A stretch of 64,000 bases of DNA from Octopus sinensis (Eukaryota), in contig NC_043000.1 of assembly GCF_006345805.1 (NCBI RefSeq), positions 95,790,001-95,854,000 on the forward strand. Direction: 5' to 3'. This document shows positions 1 to 12,855 of the stretch, piece by piece (the stretch's first letter is position 1; every line of letters starts with the position of its first letter). Both the position numbers and the translations under genes were made by a program. Below the pieces are notes generated by a model that saw nothing but the letters and a program-made list of their open reading frames with translations, was not told the DNA's origin and ran no database searches.

Positions 1-359
1 GAGACATTTCAGACTCGTCACACTAGAATGGATAGCATGATAAAATGTTTGTCCGTGTGGTAAACTGGTTTTGTGATTGGAAAAGCATCCAATTGTTAAA
101 AATATGCCAATAACATTAGTCAAATCAATGAAAAACTATAACTGCATAAAGAGGGACAACACTTAATCCATGCTGCACACTGTAGTGAGGTGAATAAGTA
201 AGGATATCCTGACCATGCACAATAACCTCTTGGCCATCATTAAACAATAACAAATCAATACTAAATAGCAATTACTGGTATTGGTCTTAACAAGAGAGAC
301 ACAACAATCCAGAGAAGGAAAGAAGGGAACAGCTAGGAATTTGTATAAGGCAACCTGCT

Positions 360-1620
360 ACAAACCACATACCACTTCTGTGGATGAAGCAAGGGTCAGC
401 AAAACAATATCTGATATGGAGGTAAAATAGTATGGTAGAGGGAACTATAAAAGCTAAGAGACAGGTCTAAAAAGAAAGGAGAAAGTGGAAAAGCAAGGAA
501 CAATATTAGATAGCTAGAAAAGAAGCTGAACTACAAGTGGAAAAGCAAAACATAAAAGGTTTGCAAATATTCTACAATATGAGTATCAGAGGTGTGTAAT
601 TTTCCAAATTGCAGAAGGAATCAGGATGTCATTGATAGAAAATATATATATAATGGTAATGGTTCACTAGCCTTGACTGATGTCAAGGAGGAGCAGGGTG
701 AAAATGCTACTGAGATAATGTTGAATGAAGAGATGTGTGAAAGGGAAAGAAAATAACTCCAAGTAGACCTAATAGCTGAAGGAGCTATTATTATTGACAG
801 ATATGCAGTTAAACTGTCCATTAAAAATAAGGACAAGAAGTCAGCAGAGCTAATTCTGAGATGCTGAAAATAACTAGCAAAGCAGGACATACACCAGTCA
901 CTCACACAGTCAATCAGATGCTATAGGAAAGGGTTATTACCAGTGATGAGTGTATCAGTATCATCATCAATTGCTAGAAAGGCAAAGATGATATTCTACA
1001 TAGAAGCAATTACAATGGTATCAATTTGATAGATCAAGTTATGAAAGTAATTAGGAAGAGAATTAAGCTTAGATTAGATGCAGTTTGGATTTGTGCCAAG
1101 ATGGGGTACCACTGCTCTCTTCATAGTGAAACAACAAACAGAAGTTCTTCACCAATAAGATCAAGCCACTATACTTAGAATTCATTGACCTGGTGAAAGC
1201 CTTTGACAGAGCAGCATGCTCTGTAATTTGATAAAAACTAGATATATGGCTTGTGAGAGCTGTACAAGCTATGTACAGAAACATTGTCAGAAAGGTGGAA
1301 GTTCAGCAAGGAATTTATCATGCAAGTAGGCATCCATCAAGAATCTATTCTCAGCCCTCTGTTGTTTATTAGAGCTCTCCAGGTTGTAACAAAGGAAATC
1401 AAGACTAGTTTTCTAAGGAATTACAGAAAAAATTCCAAACATAGAATTAAATCTTAGAATCAATAATTCTTAAATGTATGGGAACAGTAAACAGGACTCT
1501 ACAATCAACTGGGAAATGTCATTTCTCAAAATACAAAAATGTGGCAGGTAGAAGTACCATATGGCACAAGTAACGTGATGTATAAGGGCAATGGAGTAAC
1601 TGGCATGCTGAGAGAGATAA
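360..1620 (+). mobile_element. Degenerate RTE-clade LINE fragment (linker + RT N-terminal part)
   Basis: Broken frames QFGFVPRWGTT, IDLVKAFDR and VGIHQESILSPLLF. Confidence 0.75.
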
Positions 1621-4555
1621 AGGATTATAAATTCAAGACCTCAAAATTATTCTAGATCTATCGTGATGACCCCACATTTAAAACCATTACCAAACTTACA
1701 TCACAAAGACTGGGATTGTCTTTAGAACCAGGACTTGTGACTGCTATTTTCTACAAAGCTCAAGAAACCTACATCAATGGAATGGTGGTACTGCTATGCA
1801 CATTAACATCCTATATCAATCACAAAAGTTTGAAAACCAACAAGCTTTCAATCGTGAGCTTATAGACATGTTTCTTTTCTCTAATTCCTTCAGTTACAAT
1901 GGTCTCTTCTCTGTACTATTTTGCAGCAAAACCCTAACTGCTGCTCTACTAATTATTACTGTGTTTCATCTCCCAAACCCAGCACTACACAACTCTCACA
2001 ATTTTTAGTCTTGTGAGCAGAGCATCTAGTAATCTCTCTTGGGTCACATTTTCTCTCCCCTTTTTTTTTCTTCTTCTACAGCTATTTAAGATAAATATCA
2101 ACCACATCAATCAAAAAGGACCTGTAATTACATGGATACAAGCCCTTCCTTCTTTGACTAACTTGTAGATTTCTAAAAAATGTTTTCACAAGACAATTGG
2201 CAACTTTTCTTTCTATCTTGGGCAAATTGTACATTAACATTACTACCAAAAAATTTTCTTGTTCTTTCTGGCATCGTTCTCAACTAGATTTCCTCTCAAA
2301 CTACTTTTACAAAAGCAACTGACACTGTAAACAATTTCTGTATAAATATTTAATTGAATTTAACATTTCCATAGCTAATAGATAAAAAAAAAAAAAAAAA
2401 GAGGGAATCGTTTCAGTTAGTGAAAAGTTTTCCCAAGAAATATAACTGCCATCTCATAAATAAATATAAATTAAATGTATTTAAAATTTGAGCAAATGAA
2501 ACCCGTAAAATAAAAATAATAATAAGACAAGCCCTCTGTCAACCACGTTCAAGACCGGGTTTCGACTGAAACCATTTCACTTAACATACGCCGCAAATGA
2601 CCTTGAGATAGGCATGAACATCACAACATCTCACTTTGCTGTCCATGTAAATCAGAGACTTGTGTGTAGCAGAAAGAAACCAATATTTAGCTGTTTTACT
2701 TTGTTTACCGATTTATTCGCGTCAAAATCTTACTCGGGCGCTTCGCTCCTGCTATCACATACACACGCACGCACACATTCACCTTACAAGATCAACGTGT
2801 AATCACAATACAATTCCTTGAAATTTTTTTGTAACGAATTTCCTTGTGAAGAAATATTATCCGATCAAATGAATATATCAAGATGAAAAGAAGAAACAGA
2901 AAATTATAATTTTGAAAAAAAAAAAAAACAGATACCAAGTTGCGTTTATCTTTTCGAGTCAATGATCTATGTAGTTAGTATATATATGTGAACGATGCTA
3001 ACGCAACTTCAGCAGGCACAACACAACTTCTGTAATGCAACGGAAGGTTACTCAAATCGAATTGCTGTTTATAATTAATTTTTGTACAGTAGCAGAAGGG
3101 ACAATAATATATCAGGAAGTAAACAACTAGATTGAATATAAAATATTATAAAGCTTATTTATTTACACGAATAAAAGTTATTAGAAGCCGTCAAGTTTCG
3201 TTTGTTTTTTCAGTCGAAACAGACAAGTGGTTGCATCTAAGGGAGGACAAGCGCGATTTTACAGCTCCTGACTTAACTTCTAAAACCAAAGTGAGCCTTA
3301 ATAAAGTGGAAAATACTTGTAAACAGATAACTATGTAAAGGAAGATGAAAAGGAATAAATATGTAATTCTTAGAACGACAGTTTAGAAATCGCTCAAATT
3401 ATAAACTATTAATGATTTGTCTGTTTACCGAGTTTCATTTTAGACAATTAGGCTGATCTATGTTACAACATATCAAGAATATGATTTTCGTCAGTCATTT
3501 CAATAAACGAATTCTTGTTTTCATAAATTTAGAATAAGATTCAGTATTATTTTTGTTAATATACATAAATGTACAGATCCATATTTTGCCATATTTTACT
3601 AAGAACAAATCTTGTTATTTAGTTTTTTTTACTTCTCAAAATCGCATCTTCTATTACAAGATTAATATCTCAATATTTATTAATAACGCAACTTCAATTT
3701 TAAAGATTACATTCAACATTCAAAAATACTTCAGTATAAGCATTTAATCATTCCCAATTTGAATATTATATTAGATATGTAATTCCATGTCATATCTTTT
3801 CCTATATATGAGAATGCTAAGAAAATCCATTAGAAAACATTCATAAATAAGATATACTTTTGGAAGTAGCATTAACTAAAATAACTTTGAGTTTGTTGTC
3901 AAATTCCTAAATACAGTCGGGTTGGTTTCCCTCACAGATTTCTCTTATCAATTTCAACTCAACATCACAACAAATAACATAACGATGTTCTTCTTTATTA
4001 TATTAATGACAAGGTTTTTTGGAGCTGTAGAAGTAGGAAGAAAGGCCAAAACTATTTTATTTCATTGTCAATCAAATAAACATGATGCAAAAAATGAAAT
4101 AACATTTATTGTGAAAAATCCAAGAGATAAATAGATTTAATCATCAACTGTCATTCCTAAAACTTTATTCTTTAAGATTTCATGAAGACAGTAAAAAAAA
4201 AGACAAAATTGAGAAACATGATATAACTTACCTTTGAATAAACAGGAAAACGAAAGTGTATTTAGATATCAAAAAATAAAACGGATAGAGACGTAAAAAT
4301 AAAAAGGAAAAAGGGGGTTGAGCAGAAAAATTAACCGAACTTTTGAGAAAGAAGTTCAGAAAAGTGTCCTTTCTCTATTTGGAAAGAATTTTAAAAGGGA
4401 AACAAAATATTCTTTCTAAAACTGCAAAAAATGATAAAGAAAATTTAAACAACTTACCAAGACTATTTTGCTTTCTATATAACCTTTATTTTTATTTTTA
4501 TTTTTTAAAAGCCCTCACCAAAACAAATTTTTGAAAAAAAAAATTGCCAATTGTA

Positions 4556-4920
4556 CTTACTTGTAAAGGAGAGAGCCCGTGCTGCTGGCGCCTCAAACAC
4601 TGAGATCTACTGATTCTGTTGCACCGTTAGACTAATGGAATTGTTTTATGAACACTATGACGTCACAGATAACCCGGATAAGGAAGAATTTGTTTATTTA
4701 TTTATTTTTTCCTTTATTTTATTATTTATTTATTTATTATTTGTAAAGAGGACAGTTCCATACTTCCGGGAATGGCTAAATGGTTCCAAAAATAAAATTA
4801 TAAAGAAATTGAAGAAAATCGAATAAATTAATGAAGAAGTGAAGTTCGATTACATGATGATCTGGATCCACAGACTTGTTCTGTGTTTTATTTTTTCTTG
4901 TTGATTTTAGCTTCCGGTGC
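4556..4920 (-). promoter_or_regulatory. Promoter-like cluster and probable non-coding first exon of an unidentified minus-strand gene
   Basis: Perfect CRE TGACGTCA at 4658-4665, ETS ACTTCCGG at 4762-4769 and CTTCCGG at 4911-4917. Minus-strand GTAAGT donor at 4560. Lies within a CpG-rich 2.5-6.5 kb zone. Confidence 0.45.
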
Positions 4921-5002
4921 TCAGTCAAATTAGAAATTGTACAACAGAGACACTCTGCTCTGTTTTCTGTAGCAGACGCTTATTTTAAGAGTTCATTTCT
5001 TA

Positions 5003-5592
5003 TATTTTATTTGTTTCAGACACGGGGACTGCAGTCATGTTAGAGCAACGTCCTGAAGGGTTTGGTCGAACAAATTGACCCCAGTACTTATTTTGACTTA
5101 AAGTCTGGTCTGGTGGTGTACTTATTCTATCGTTCGCTTTTTGCCGAACTGCTAGATAACGGGGACGTAAACAACCCAGCACCGGTTGTCAAGCGGTGCT
5201 GGGCAACAAAAACACACATACACATATATATATGTAGGTTCGGTACTGCAAAGAGGAAAATAGATCTCAAAACATGAGTATACATGTATTTTATCAATAA
5301 AAGACAGAAGTTACAGAGTAACTCAAGGGCCGAGAGATTCGTGTTTTGGCACGCCCTTGAGTCACTCTGTAACTTCTGTCGCTTATTTATAATAGATATG
5401 TGACGTACATACACACATACATGCATGTGTGTATACGAAGGGCTTTTTCCAGTTTCCGTCTATGAAATCCATTTAAATAGCTTTGGTTGGCCGGAACGAT
5501 GGTAGAAGACATTCGTCGAAGGTGCCAGGCAGTGGGAATGAACACGAAACTATGTGGTTTGGAAGTAAGCGCCTTACCACACAGCCACACCA
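5003..5592 (-). mobile_element. tRNA-derived SINE (Octopus-type) interrupted by a foldback insert
   Basis: Same family as copies at 9295, 40478 and 58045. tRNA-like head TGGCTGTGTGG near 5590. Confidence 0.8.
5303..5380. repeat. 28-bp near-perfect inverted repeat with 22-nt spacer
   Basis: GACAGAAGTTACAGAGTAACTCAAGGGC (5303-5330) pairs with GCCCTTGAGTCACTCTGTAACTTCTGTC (5353-5380), one mismatch. Confidence 0.95.
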
Positions 5593-6539
5593 ATGCTAAA
5601 ATATAAATTCCAACCGAAAAAGATTTATAGAGTATATTGATAGAAAAACATCCAGTTACAATTATTCACTCGTGTTTTATCAGATAAATTTTACTTAACA
5701 GTGTAGCTAAGGAAACCATAACAACAATCTTCGTAACTGGAGACAGCAACTCTCTGAAATATCCATTTCATCAAAAGTTCTCGTATTTTAGTAATTATTA
5801 GCGACTATGTGCAATTCATTTCAATTGAATTCTCCGGATGTTTTTTTTTTTTTACTTGTAGTCAAAAATGCACATTTTCTTGATTTTACTCTGGCTTGAA
5901 TGATTTCAGAAGTATCGAAATTAGAAATAAAAGATCAATTCGTGTTGCTTGAGTAGACTGTGAATGAACCGTAACATTTTGTTCATTGAAGCAAAATAAC
6001 AGCCTGCTACGAGTTGACGTTATTTTGTCAACACAAGGAGATACAAATAGATATATACATACGTGCACAAACCCACTCACACATATAAACGCACTCGCGT
6101 GTGTGTACAGAAATCCCTTGCTTACGGAAATAATGCGTTCCTAGAACAAGAAAACAACAGAGAACAAGTTATACGATCACCTTTAATCGTGAAAATAGCT
6201 ATTTCTTAACATACCCGGTACAATATAAATACATAAAAACACAAAAACATTCGAAGAGGAATAAGTGAGGAAATTGTTAAGAATCGTAATATCGTAAGAG
6301 TAATTCTTATTACAAAGATGTTGACTACTGTGTGAAGGGTAGTAGTGGAATGATCTTGGAGGATGAGGGACAATATTTACTATTATATCAGCTTGAGGGG
6401 TGAAAAACTTATCCATGTTTATGACGCGTTACCTCTTTGTACAACTCAGTATAAACTGAGCTGATTGTAAACTCCTTTTGTAAATTTTATATTACGTTGA
6501 CGATTAGCAAAGACCTACAGACTCTATCAGTGCCAACCA

Positions 6540-8000
6540 TTTAGCAATAATTTTTATAGTTAATTTAAGCAGTGTAGGTGAAACTTCTCTTGTCTTCTCT
6601 ATTCTCTGCTTTTTTATTATTAGTACTTTTCTAACAGCATCAACTCCTTGTTCGATAAACTTTCTCTCTGGGACCCTAGCAACTCAATCCTATCATCCTC
6701 TATGACGTCTTCAAATCTTACATCTTTTGCAAATGTCATATCTTTCTAAATTTGATGTAAGTTTTCTGCTTGAGGAAAACTTTTTCATGGATAGTTTGGC
6801 TATATACTTTCCAAAGCACTATTCAAAGTTGAGGGTTTCACTTCATCCCATGACTCAGCTATGTTATCCACAGCAACCATTATGTTGAATTTCTTCTAGA
6901 AATCTCTAACTATAGGTTTATCCTTCCTGTCAGTTGCTTTCATAAGCTGTTTGAAAGTTCTTCTCAAATAATATACCTTGAACACTGTCATACCTTGATC
7001 CATTGGATGGAGTAAAGAAATTGTATTCTTGAGGATATATTCTATTCTTACCTTATCAAAAAGTTCATCTAAATTCAATGGATAGCTTGGTGTATTGTCT
7101 AAAAGAAACAATGCTTTGTTGGAAATATTTTATGACACAGTACAGCTGAACAACAAACGTTTGTAAACCACTCTTTGAAAAGGCTCTTAGTCATTGATGC
7201 CTTCTTATTTGAACACCAAATCAGAGGTAAATTGATCTTTGTTTAACCCTTGATAGCCCTTAGATTTTTGGAGTGATACACATGTAAGGGCTTTAATTTT
7301 ATATCACCAGTGATATTTCTTTCCCAAAGGAAGTGTCCAAAAATTTTTGGAAGCTTTATATTTTTACTTCCCAAGAATAAAAGTTTTAGCAGGCAAGCAG
7401 TTCTAGAAAAGTGCAATCTTATCAACATTGTATACATGCTCTGGTGTATAACCCACTTCAGCAATCATTTTCAACTGCCCAGGACAATTAGCTGCAGCCT
7501 CTGTATTAGAGCTCACAGTTTCACCAATCACTTTTATGTTGTGCAATTTCATGCACTTCTTAAAATTTCAAACCAGATTTTACTAGCCAAAAAGGGATTT
7601 TCATTACAAGTTTCACCTTGCTTTTTCTGCGAATTGTCATGTAAACTTTTGGCTCTTTTTTGAATTACCATTGTGTTTATCAGCACATTATACTAATTCT
7701 GATCCTTGATCTGTACACTCAAGAGTCATTCTATTTTAAGCATTACATTAGATCCATGGAAAAATAAGATCTAGACAGTTAACAGAATAGCTTCTTGAGC
7801 ACTTGAAATAATTTTCTCTCAGTTGTCATATATTGTTCCCAGTGTAGATGTTGCAAGATTTAATATTTTGACAAACATGGTTATCCTTTTGCATCAAGTC
7901 TTTTTAACACATCAAGTTTATTATCCATTGTAATCCCTTTACAGTTCATTTTTACACGACTGCCTTCAGGTCTACTTGATAGTTTCTCTCTGCGCATCTT
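6540..8000 (-). mobile_element. Tigger/pogo DNA transposon, decayed transposase
   Basis: Fragments KGITMDNKLDVLKRLD (HTH), GYTPEHVYNVD, KLKPLHVYHSKN and LLDN...LLHPMDQG (DDE_1). Confidence 0.9.
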
Positions 8001-8474
8001 AAATTGAAGGCAAATCCAACAGCAGCTGTTGCCAAAAAATTGGTCAAGGGAAGATATTTTGTGAGAGTGAAAAATTGTTTTATTTTTATTGATGCAATAA
8101 TGAAAATGAGATGAAAAAGTAAAGGACTTAGGAAGTGAAAGCACTATATGATTACAGTTAGCTGAAGGGTCACTAGACTTTATAGGCAATTCACCCCTTG
8201 CATTTCTGACCTAAGAAAGAAATACACACACACACATGCTCATCCACACACAGACACATACACTCATGCACATACATGTGTTGGCATACATGCTGATATC
8301 TGTTGTAGCCAATTGGATTCAAAAGTAGGTGGGTTGATAGTGGTGATGATGTGAGTTGTATTGGTTTAGATGTTAGTGATGGTGAGCAGGTATTGTTAGT
8401 GGTGTTGTGATCATTCAATTTTTAAAATACACACAGATAAAACATGTTTTTCTTTGAAATGGATTTGCTTATCT

Positions 8475-8680
8475 ACTTCATACTATACATACAAACATAC
8501 ATACATAAATATACACACACACACACATACATACATACATACATACATATATACATACATACATAAATATACACACACACACATACATACATACATACAT
8601 ACATACATACATACATACATACATACATACATACATACATACATGCATGCATGCATGCATGCATGCATGCACATATATAT
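8475..8680. repeat. Compound (CA)/(TACA)n/(ATGC)n microsatellite
   Basis: Seen directly. It generates the spurious MYVC/HTYI ORFs. Confidence 0.95.
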
Positions 8681-8689
8681 CCGTGAACT

Positions 8690-9270
8690 GGAAGCGGGTA
8701 AACAGCTAACTGTTGGTTTGTATGCTGCTGTCCCAATCAAAATCTCTGATGGCTATTTCAAGAAAAGCCATGAAGAGTTTCAGAGAGATGGTATCTCCTT
8801 GTTTGACTCCCTTCATGACCAAGATACACATGTTATGATAACAAAGCCACGTCCATAGTGCATCCCAAATTTGCCTCCTTAAGGAGGTTCATGTACTGTG
8901 TCACAAAAACTTGCTTCTTAAGAGATTGTAGCACTGCATTGATCTTCACACTGTTGAAGGTCTTTACATAATCAGCAAATGCGATACAAAGAAGCAACTC
9001 GTACTCTTTCATATCAGAGTGAATATGTGATCCACCACAGAGAGTACAAGGCAGTTACAGACCATGCAGGACAAGTTGAACACCAGTGGCCTGAGGATCA
9101 AGCATGCAAAATCAAAGTGCATACAGTCCAAAGATGTGACACCCGGTCAAGTTGTGGATGGGGGTGGAAAGTTGTCTGTATCTCAACCAAGCTATAAGCA
9201 TGGGTTGATGATGAAATTTCATGGAGAATAAGATCAGGCTGGAGAGCACTCAACTCAACGAGGAATGTAC
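8690..9270 (+). mobile_element. Degenerate RTE LINE reverse-transcriptase fragment
   Basis: NTSGLRI and DEISWRIRSGWRALNS-like peptides. Confidence 0.6.
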
Positions 9271-9294
9271 TGAATGTGTGTATACACTCACATT

Positions 9295-9665
9295 ACTGTT
9301 TTACTTGTTTCAGGCTGGAGCACCGCCTTTAGTCGATCAAATCGACCCCAGGACTTATTCTTTGGAAGCCTAGTATTTATTCTATTGGTCTCTTTTGCTA
9401 AGTTACGGAGACGTAAACACACCACCATCGGTTGTCAAGCGATGTTGGTGGAACAAACACAGACACACAAACATATACACACACATACATATATATATAC
9501 ATATATACGACAGGCTTCTTTCAGTTTCCGTCTACCAAATCCACTCACAAGGCTTTGGTCAGCCCGAGGCTATAGTAGAAGACACTTGCCCAAGGTACCT
9601 CGCAGTGGGACTGAACCCGGAACCATGTGGTTTGTAAGCAAGCTACTTACCACACAGCCACTCCT
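9295..9665 (-). mobile_element. tRNA-derived SINE, well-preserved copy with central (CA/TA) microsatellite
   Basis: Near-identical to 40478-40860 and 58045-58440. Confidence 0.9.
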
Positions 9666-9729
9666 ATGTGCATATGCGTGTAACATGACAGTTTTTCAAA
9701 TCATTAACTATATACTATGATCTTATCTA

Positions 9730-10428
9730 AAATGCAAGTGGCTATTGAGTAAGAAGAAAGTGTAGTTTAAAATAGCTTTTTTTGGTGAATATTCTTTTAT
9801 GGATTGTGTTTAGCCCTTTGTCTCTATCCAACCACCCGGCAAAATGCTTGCTATTGTTGAAAACAATCCATTTTTCATCACACATAACAATAACATGCAA
9901 AAAAAGGTTCACTTTTATGCCATGGCAGCAAAGAACAGCAAGTTTCAAGATGACGTGTCATTTGATGCTCATTCAGTTCATGTGGTACCCACTTGTCCAG
10001 CTTCTTTACTTGCTGGTTTCTTTCAGATGGTCCAATACAGTTGGAAGTGAAACATCAAACCTTGCTGCTAACTTATGCATAGTTTGAGATGTATCTGCTT
10101 CCACTACAATTTCCAGCCCATCATTATCCACTTTGGTCACAAGTTTACCATGGGGCTGAACTTCTTAAACCATCAACATACAGCGCACTCATTTGCTACA
10201 TCTTCACCAAATACCTCATTGATGTTTCGAGCTATCCATGGATTCACAAAAATTGATTTAGAAAAGAAAACTCACAATATAATCAGACACCATGAATTGT
10301 ATTTCGAAAAGTGATGTAACTCTTCAATGCTGTAAAACAAAGAATTGTCGGGATAAAACATTAGAGTTAACAACTGTCAAACACTTGGTGCATAAGAAAA
10401 TTGGACATTTCATTCTTAATGACCTACA
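9730..10428 (-). mobile_element. Mariner transposon 5' fragment
   Basis: ARNINEVFGEDVANE and IVMCDEKWIVFNN motifs. Confidence 0.85.
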
Positions 10429-10443
10429 TACACAGATATATAT

Positions 10444-10474
<31 letters not shown>

Positions 10475-10476
<2 letters not shown>

Positions 10477-11730
10477 GGGTGTGATGGGTAAATTGTTACT
10501 ATTTTATATTTTTTATTTCACACATGCACATTGTTTGTTTTTGATTTTGTTGACTATACAGTATAGAAGGGCCAGTTTGGCACTGTCTGTGAGAAAAACA
10601 GCCCCATGACACAACTCACTCTGCCAGAAATTTGGAATCAATATGCTGTACTACTCGGCATTTGTGCCAGAAGCTCCAATATGAACATTTCAAAGTGTTT
10701 GAGTGTTAATCTGAGGACAGTGCAGAGGTTTGGAAAGATTTGGATGAGTCTTGTGGTGATTACGAAAGGATGGCTGCTCAGAAAACTCACTCTGATCATT
10801 CTGATTAAAAAAGAACTCTTGAATTTGTTGGTGAGATGCAGGCTCAGATTGAGAACAATCTCTCCAAGTCAATCAGGTCTATCGCCAGAGACGTGGGAAT
10901 GTCTGAGTTCCTTATCAGGTAGGTAGTGCATGAAGACATTTGGTGTTCCTCACACAAGATAAGAAAGGGCCAATTTTTATCCCAAGACATCAATGACAAG
11001 AGAAAAGACCATGCTACAAAGCTTTTTAACAACCTCAACAATCTCCTTCAACTGAACATGCTTTGGTTTTTCTCGGTTGAGAAAAATTTCTGCCAGGATC
11101 AGATGGTGAATGCACAGAACAACTGTTGGCTTGCCGTGTCTCCAAAACATACCGAAAGTGATAAAAAGCAAAAATCCAGTCAACATCATGCCTCCATTCA
11201 TATTCCCACATGGCCTTAGACTTAACATGGAGGCCTACATCAAGTGCCTAGAGGAGGTAGTGCTGCCCTGGGTCAAGAGAGTGGCTGCTGGAAGACTCTA
11301 TGTCTAGCAACAGGCCTCTGCACCATGTCACACAATCAGAAGAACCTTGTCATGGCTATCTGACAATTTCTTTGACCACATCACCCCTAACATCAGGCCA
11401 CCTAACTGGCCAGACTGCAGCCTCCTTGATTACTATATGTGGAATGCAGTTGAGCGGGAGACCAACAAAACATGTTGTAATACCAAAGATAAACTGACTA
11501 TGGTAGCTTTCACCAACTTAAACAAGGAGACCGTCCAGAAGATTTTCAGGAGATTCTGAAGTTATCTTGAGGTCGTGGTTGAAGCCAATGGCAATTTTAT
11601 TGAATAAATTTACTCTTTAGTATTTCAAGATATTTTTATGTAATTTTGTAAAATATATCTGTTAAAATGAGAAGTCAGTGTTATTTTCAGTTTTGCATTA
11701 TTTAGATGACAATTTATTCACCATACTCTA
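10475..11730 (+). mobile_element. maT (DD37D) Tc1/mariner-superfamily element, full length, inactive
   Basis: TIRs TAGGGTGTGATGGGTAAATTGT and TAGAGTATGGTGAATAAATTGT with TA TSDs. WFFS(D>V)EKNF, QQ(D>A)SAPCH...PDCSLLDY, with 37 residues between D2 and D3. Confidence 0.9.
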
Positions 11731-11736
11731 TATATA

Positions 11737-11879
11737 TATGTGTGGAAAGAAGCTTGCTTCCCAACCACATAGTTCTGGATTCAGTCCCAATGCGTGGCTC
11801 CTCAGGCAAGCATCTTCTACTGTAGCCTTGGGCCTTGTGAGTGGATTTGGTAGGCAAAAACAGAAAGAAGCCTGTTGTT

Positions 11880-11910
<31 letters not shown>

Positions 11911-12118
11911 GTTTGTGTATCTGTGTTTGTCCCCCCACCATCACTTGACAACTAATGTTGGTGTGTTTACATTCCCGTAACTTAGTGGTTTGCCAAAAGA
12001 GACCGACTGAATAAGTACTAGGCTTACAAAGAATAAGTTCTGTGGTCAATTTATTCAACTAAAGGCAGTGCTCCAGCATGGTTCCAGTCAAATGACTGAA
12101 ACAAGTAAAAGAATAAAA

Positions 12119-12120
<2 letters not shown>
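11737..12120 (+). mobile_element. tRNA-derived SINE
   Basis: Reverse orientation of the 9295 family, followed by a long (TA)n at 12121-12201. Confidence 0.85.
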
Positions 12121-12211
<91 letters not shown>

Positions 12212-12409
12212 AGTGTGTGTGTATGATTTTGTATGTCCGTGTTTGTTCTGCCACCATCGCTTGACAACCAATATTGGTGTATTTACATCTCCCTAACTTA
12301 GTGGTTCAGGAAAAGTGATTGCTAGAATAAATATTAGGCTTACTACGAATAAGTCCTGGTGTCGATTTGTTTGACTAAACGGACATTAAATGATGATGAT
12401 GATGATATA

Positions 12410-12734
12410 TATATCATCATCGTTTAACATCCGTTTTCCATGCTAGCATGGGTTGGACGGTTTGACCGGGGTCTGGGAAGCGAGGAGGCTGCACCAGTCT
12501 CTAGTCTGATCTGGCAGTGTTTCTACAGCTTGATGCCCTTCCTAACGTCAACCACTCCATGAGTGTAGTGGGTACTTTTTACGTGCCAGGGGAGGCTGCC
12601 AACGGCCATGATCGGTTGGTGCTTTTTACGTGCCACCGACATGGAAGCCAGTTGAGGTGGCGCTGGCATCGGCCCCGTACGGATGGTGCTTTTTACATGC
12701 CACTAGCACAGGTATCACAACTACAATTTCCATT

Positions 12735-12735
<1 letters not shown>
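12410..12735 (-). mobile_element. RTE-tail short element (SINE or 5'-truncated RTE)
   Basis: Shares AGGAAGGGCATCCAGC...CCATGCTAGCATGGAAA...(GAT)n with the RTE 3' end at 42.9-43.0 kb. Confidence 0.85.
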
Positions 12736-12773
<38 letters not shown>

Positions 12774-12855
12774 TATATACATACACACACACATACATAG
12801 ATACACACATACACACACACGCATGCACACACACACACACACACAAACACATATA

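Noticed and set aside
4850-4960. ATGATGA C-box suggesting a snoRNA
   Set aside because: No D box (CTGA) or terminal stem at a suitable distance.
6183-6416. 77-aa minus-strand ORF MDKFFTPQ... with a GTATGT donor, and the overlapping plus frame ending ...YQLEG*
   Set aside because: No recognisable domain and no downstream exon to connect to, so it cannot be supported.
8454-8858. HTYI/MYVC repetitive ORFs (also 12051-12271, 12626-12964, 35573-35788, 50412-50798)
   Set aside because: Translations of microsatellites.
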